From: an uncultured Gammaproteobacteria bacterium | GTDB lineage: Bacteria > Patescibacteriota > Microgenomatia > UBA8517 > UBA10165 | DNA length: 47,670 bases | Assembly: GCA_964366515.1 (NCBI GenBank) | Contig: CAYIUF010000004.1 | Location: forward strand, 1-47,670 | Direction of reading: 5' to 3' | In this document: in pieces, positions 45,979 through 47,670 of the stretch | How the letters are laid out: the number at the start of each line of letters is the position of its first letter | How positions within the stretch are numbered: position 1 is the first letter of the stretch | The notes under the pieces: generated by a model | Told to the model about the DNA's origin: nothing | Seen by the model: only the letters and a program-made list of their open reading frames with translations | Database searches by the model: none | Made by a program: the position numbers and the translations under genes

Positions 45979-46625
45979 CTTTTAATCACTTTTACAACTT
46001 GTAGCATCCCTAAAATAAAATGCTTTTTTTCTTTAATTCTAAAACCCGATCTTTTGAGAATTGTTAAAATTTCATCTGCAGACAAATCTTGAATGTGAGT
46101 ATTTTTCCAAATTTTTCCCGGGCCTAAAAGCCAAATTCCCCATCCTATCTTAAACAATAAATTCTCATTTGGAACTAAGACTACTGCATACCCATCATCT
46201 TTCAATACTCTGTGCATTTCGAGCCCGACTTGCAGTGGGTCTTCCACATGCTCCATTGTCTCCAAACAAAAAACGGCGTCAAAAGTATTCTTTTCAAATG
46301 GGAGAGCGTGTGCGTCGGCAACTCTAAACGATACAACCTTACTTCGCGCAAAACGACGCTTTGCATAAGATACCGATTTTTCCAGGACATCAATTCCAAT
46401 AACCTTGTCCGCATGTGACTTTTCTATTAAGACTTTTGTGAATGTTCCGTCTGATGATCCAATATCTAGGACTTTTCCACCTGTGGGCTCAACCATTTTC
46501 CCAATTTCTTCAAACCTTCTTGTGTGCCAGTATCTTTGTAGTAGATTTTCTCTAATTGAGCGTGCATACCAGTCTGCTGGTACGTTTTTATGGCGCTGGG
46601 CCGCTCGAGACTGTAAGGTGCTCAT
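45975..46625 (-). CDS. Class I SAM-dependent methyltransferase
   Basis: VLDIGSSDG, LPF...FD, ETMEH and RVLKDDG motifs. Confidence 0.87.
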   Translation of the reverse strand: MSTLQSRAAQRHKNVPADWYARSIRENLLQRYWHTRRFEEIGKMVEPTGGKVLDIGSSDGTFTKVLIEKSHADKVIGIDVLEKSVSYAKRRFARSKVVSFRVADAHALPFEKNTFDAVFCLETMEHVEDPLQVGLEMHRVLKDDGYAVVLVPNENLLFKIGWGIWLLGPGKIWKNTHIQDLSADEILTILKRSGFRIKEKKHFILGMLQVVKVIKR

Positions 46626-47670
46626 CTTACTACTAGCCTTTTTTGAACAAGAAGAGACCCAAAACTTTTTTCTTCTGCAATGTCGCTAAAAATATTTTCT
46701 TCGTCGACAATTTCTTGTGCAAACTTTGAGGGAATCCCATCTTGTGGTTCTATGATTAGAAAATATACTTCACTTCTTTTGTTAACTTTCTTTAAAGTAT
46801 CGACTTGTCCCCACTGTTCTGTCCCGTGCCACTCTGGGACATAACCGTACGTCGGTTGACCATGCCATTTGTATAAATAGGTCCAAACAATATTTATGTA
46901 CAAAGGACTTGTTATGGAATTTATTGTAAAAGGACCATTCGCTGACTCATATGTATAGTCTATTGCTTGAATTTGTTTAGACAGAAGCATATCTTTTTGA
47001 ATTGCAAAAATTGTTGAACCTTTTGGGTTGTCTTTATAGATTTTGGAGAGGTTCCCAAACAGAATCACAAAGATAATAAGTCCTGCAACTACTTTCTTTG
47101 TTTTCCACCATTGAGAGATTATTAGCCCTAAAAGCAGCGAAATCGCAGCTCCTGTTCCGACGTTAAGAAATGGAGTACTTGTTCCTCCAACTGTTGCTAC
47201 CATAATATGGCTATAAAGCCAGACAAGTAGGAATGGTTGCCATGAAATTTTTTGTTTTTTGTCCCAGGAAAGATAAGCAAGAATAGTAAGAAGAACGATA
47301 AATCCTGCGCCGTATCCTATGTTTCCAGGATAACTTGAATATGCAAAAAGCCTCCCGAGTTGGTTTAGAAATAGAACAATAAAATCTCCAAAACCTTTTC
47401 CGGACACTATTGCATCCTGCGCCGTTGCAAGACTTAATATCCCATTAATCCCTGTTAGCCCAAACTTTATTTGAGCCAAAACCATTGAAGATAGTGATAG
47501 AAAAAGGACAAACAAAAATTTAATAACCTCTTTTTTGGTAATTTTCTTTCTTGCGATTACAAGCCACAATATTATTGGTGGAATGTGGTAGGCCAAAAAA
47601 ATATCTGCTTGAATAGACAGCCCTAGGCCCACTCCGCAAACAAGCGGCCCCCATTTTTTTCCTTGTCCTG
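46622..47670 (-). CDS. 5'-truncated multi-TM protein, probable GT-C glycosyltransferase
   Basis: Frame stays open to the window edge (GQGKKWGPLVCGVGLGLSIQ...); TM-rich then soluble C-terminus like the neighbouring GT-Cs. Confidence 0.6.
   Translation of the reverse strand, partial: GQGKKWGPLVCGVGLGLSIQADIFLAYHIPPIILWLVIARKKITKKEVIKFLFVLFLSLSSMVLAQIKFGLTGINGILSLATAQDAIVSGKGFGDFIVLFLNQLGRLFAYSSYPGNIGYGAGFIVLLTILAYLSWDKKQKISWQPFLLVWLYSHIMVATVGGTSTPFLNVGTGAAISLLLGLIISQWWKTKKVVAGLIIFVILFGNLSKIYKDNPKGSTIFAIQKDMLLSKQIQAIDYTYESANGPFTINSITSPLYINIVWTYLYKWHGQPTYGYVPEWHGTEQWGQVDTLKKVNKRSEVYFLIIEPQDGIPSKFAQEIVDEENIFSDIAEEKSFGSLLVQKRLVVR

Overview
A gene-dense, almost gap-free 47.7 kb cell-surface glycosylation island. 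The gene families and style suggest Patescibacteria/CPR (Microgenomates-like); that taxonomy is an inference. It holds about 41 CDS: about 14 multi-TM GT-C-fold glycosyltransferases (including six DE-motif ArnT/PMT-like paralogs and a GT2::GT-C fusion), four polyprenyl-phosphate sugar synthase-type GT2 domains, soluble GT2/GT4 enzymes, two candidate flippases, four SAM methyltransferases and a nucleotide-sugar cassette. The cassette (transaldolase, SIS isomerase, GHMP kinase, epimerase, Gfo/Idh/MocA, a Cys-less UDP-glucose-dehydrogenase homolog, SDR) has the family composition of the lincomycin GDP-octose pathway but lacks the aminotransferase. The first 20 kb switches strand repeatedly around compact back-to-back -10 promoters that look leaderless. 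Non-coding signals: two copies of a ~110-bp IS200/IS605-type non-autonomous hairpin element that rewrite gene C-termini, a 3x23-bp repeat forming a relay of ATGA-coupled 8-codon mini-ORFs, an RPE/REP-like palindrome at a gene junction, and two intragenic heptamer arrays. No rRNA, tRNA, CRISPR array or transposase was recognised.
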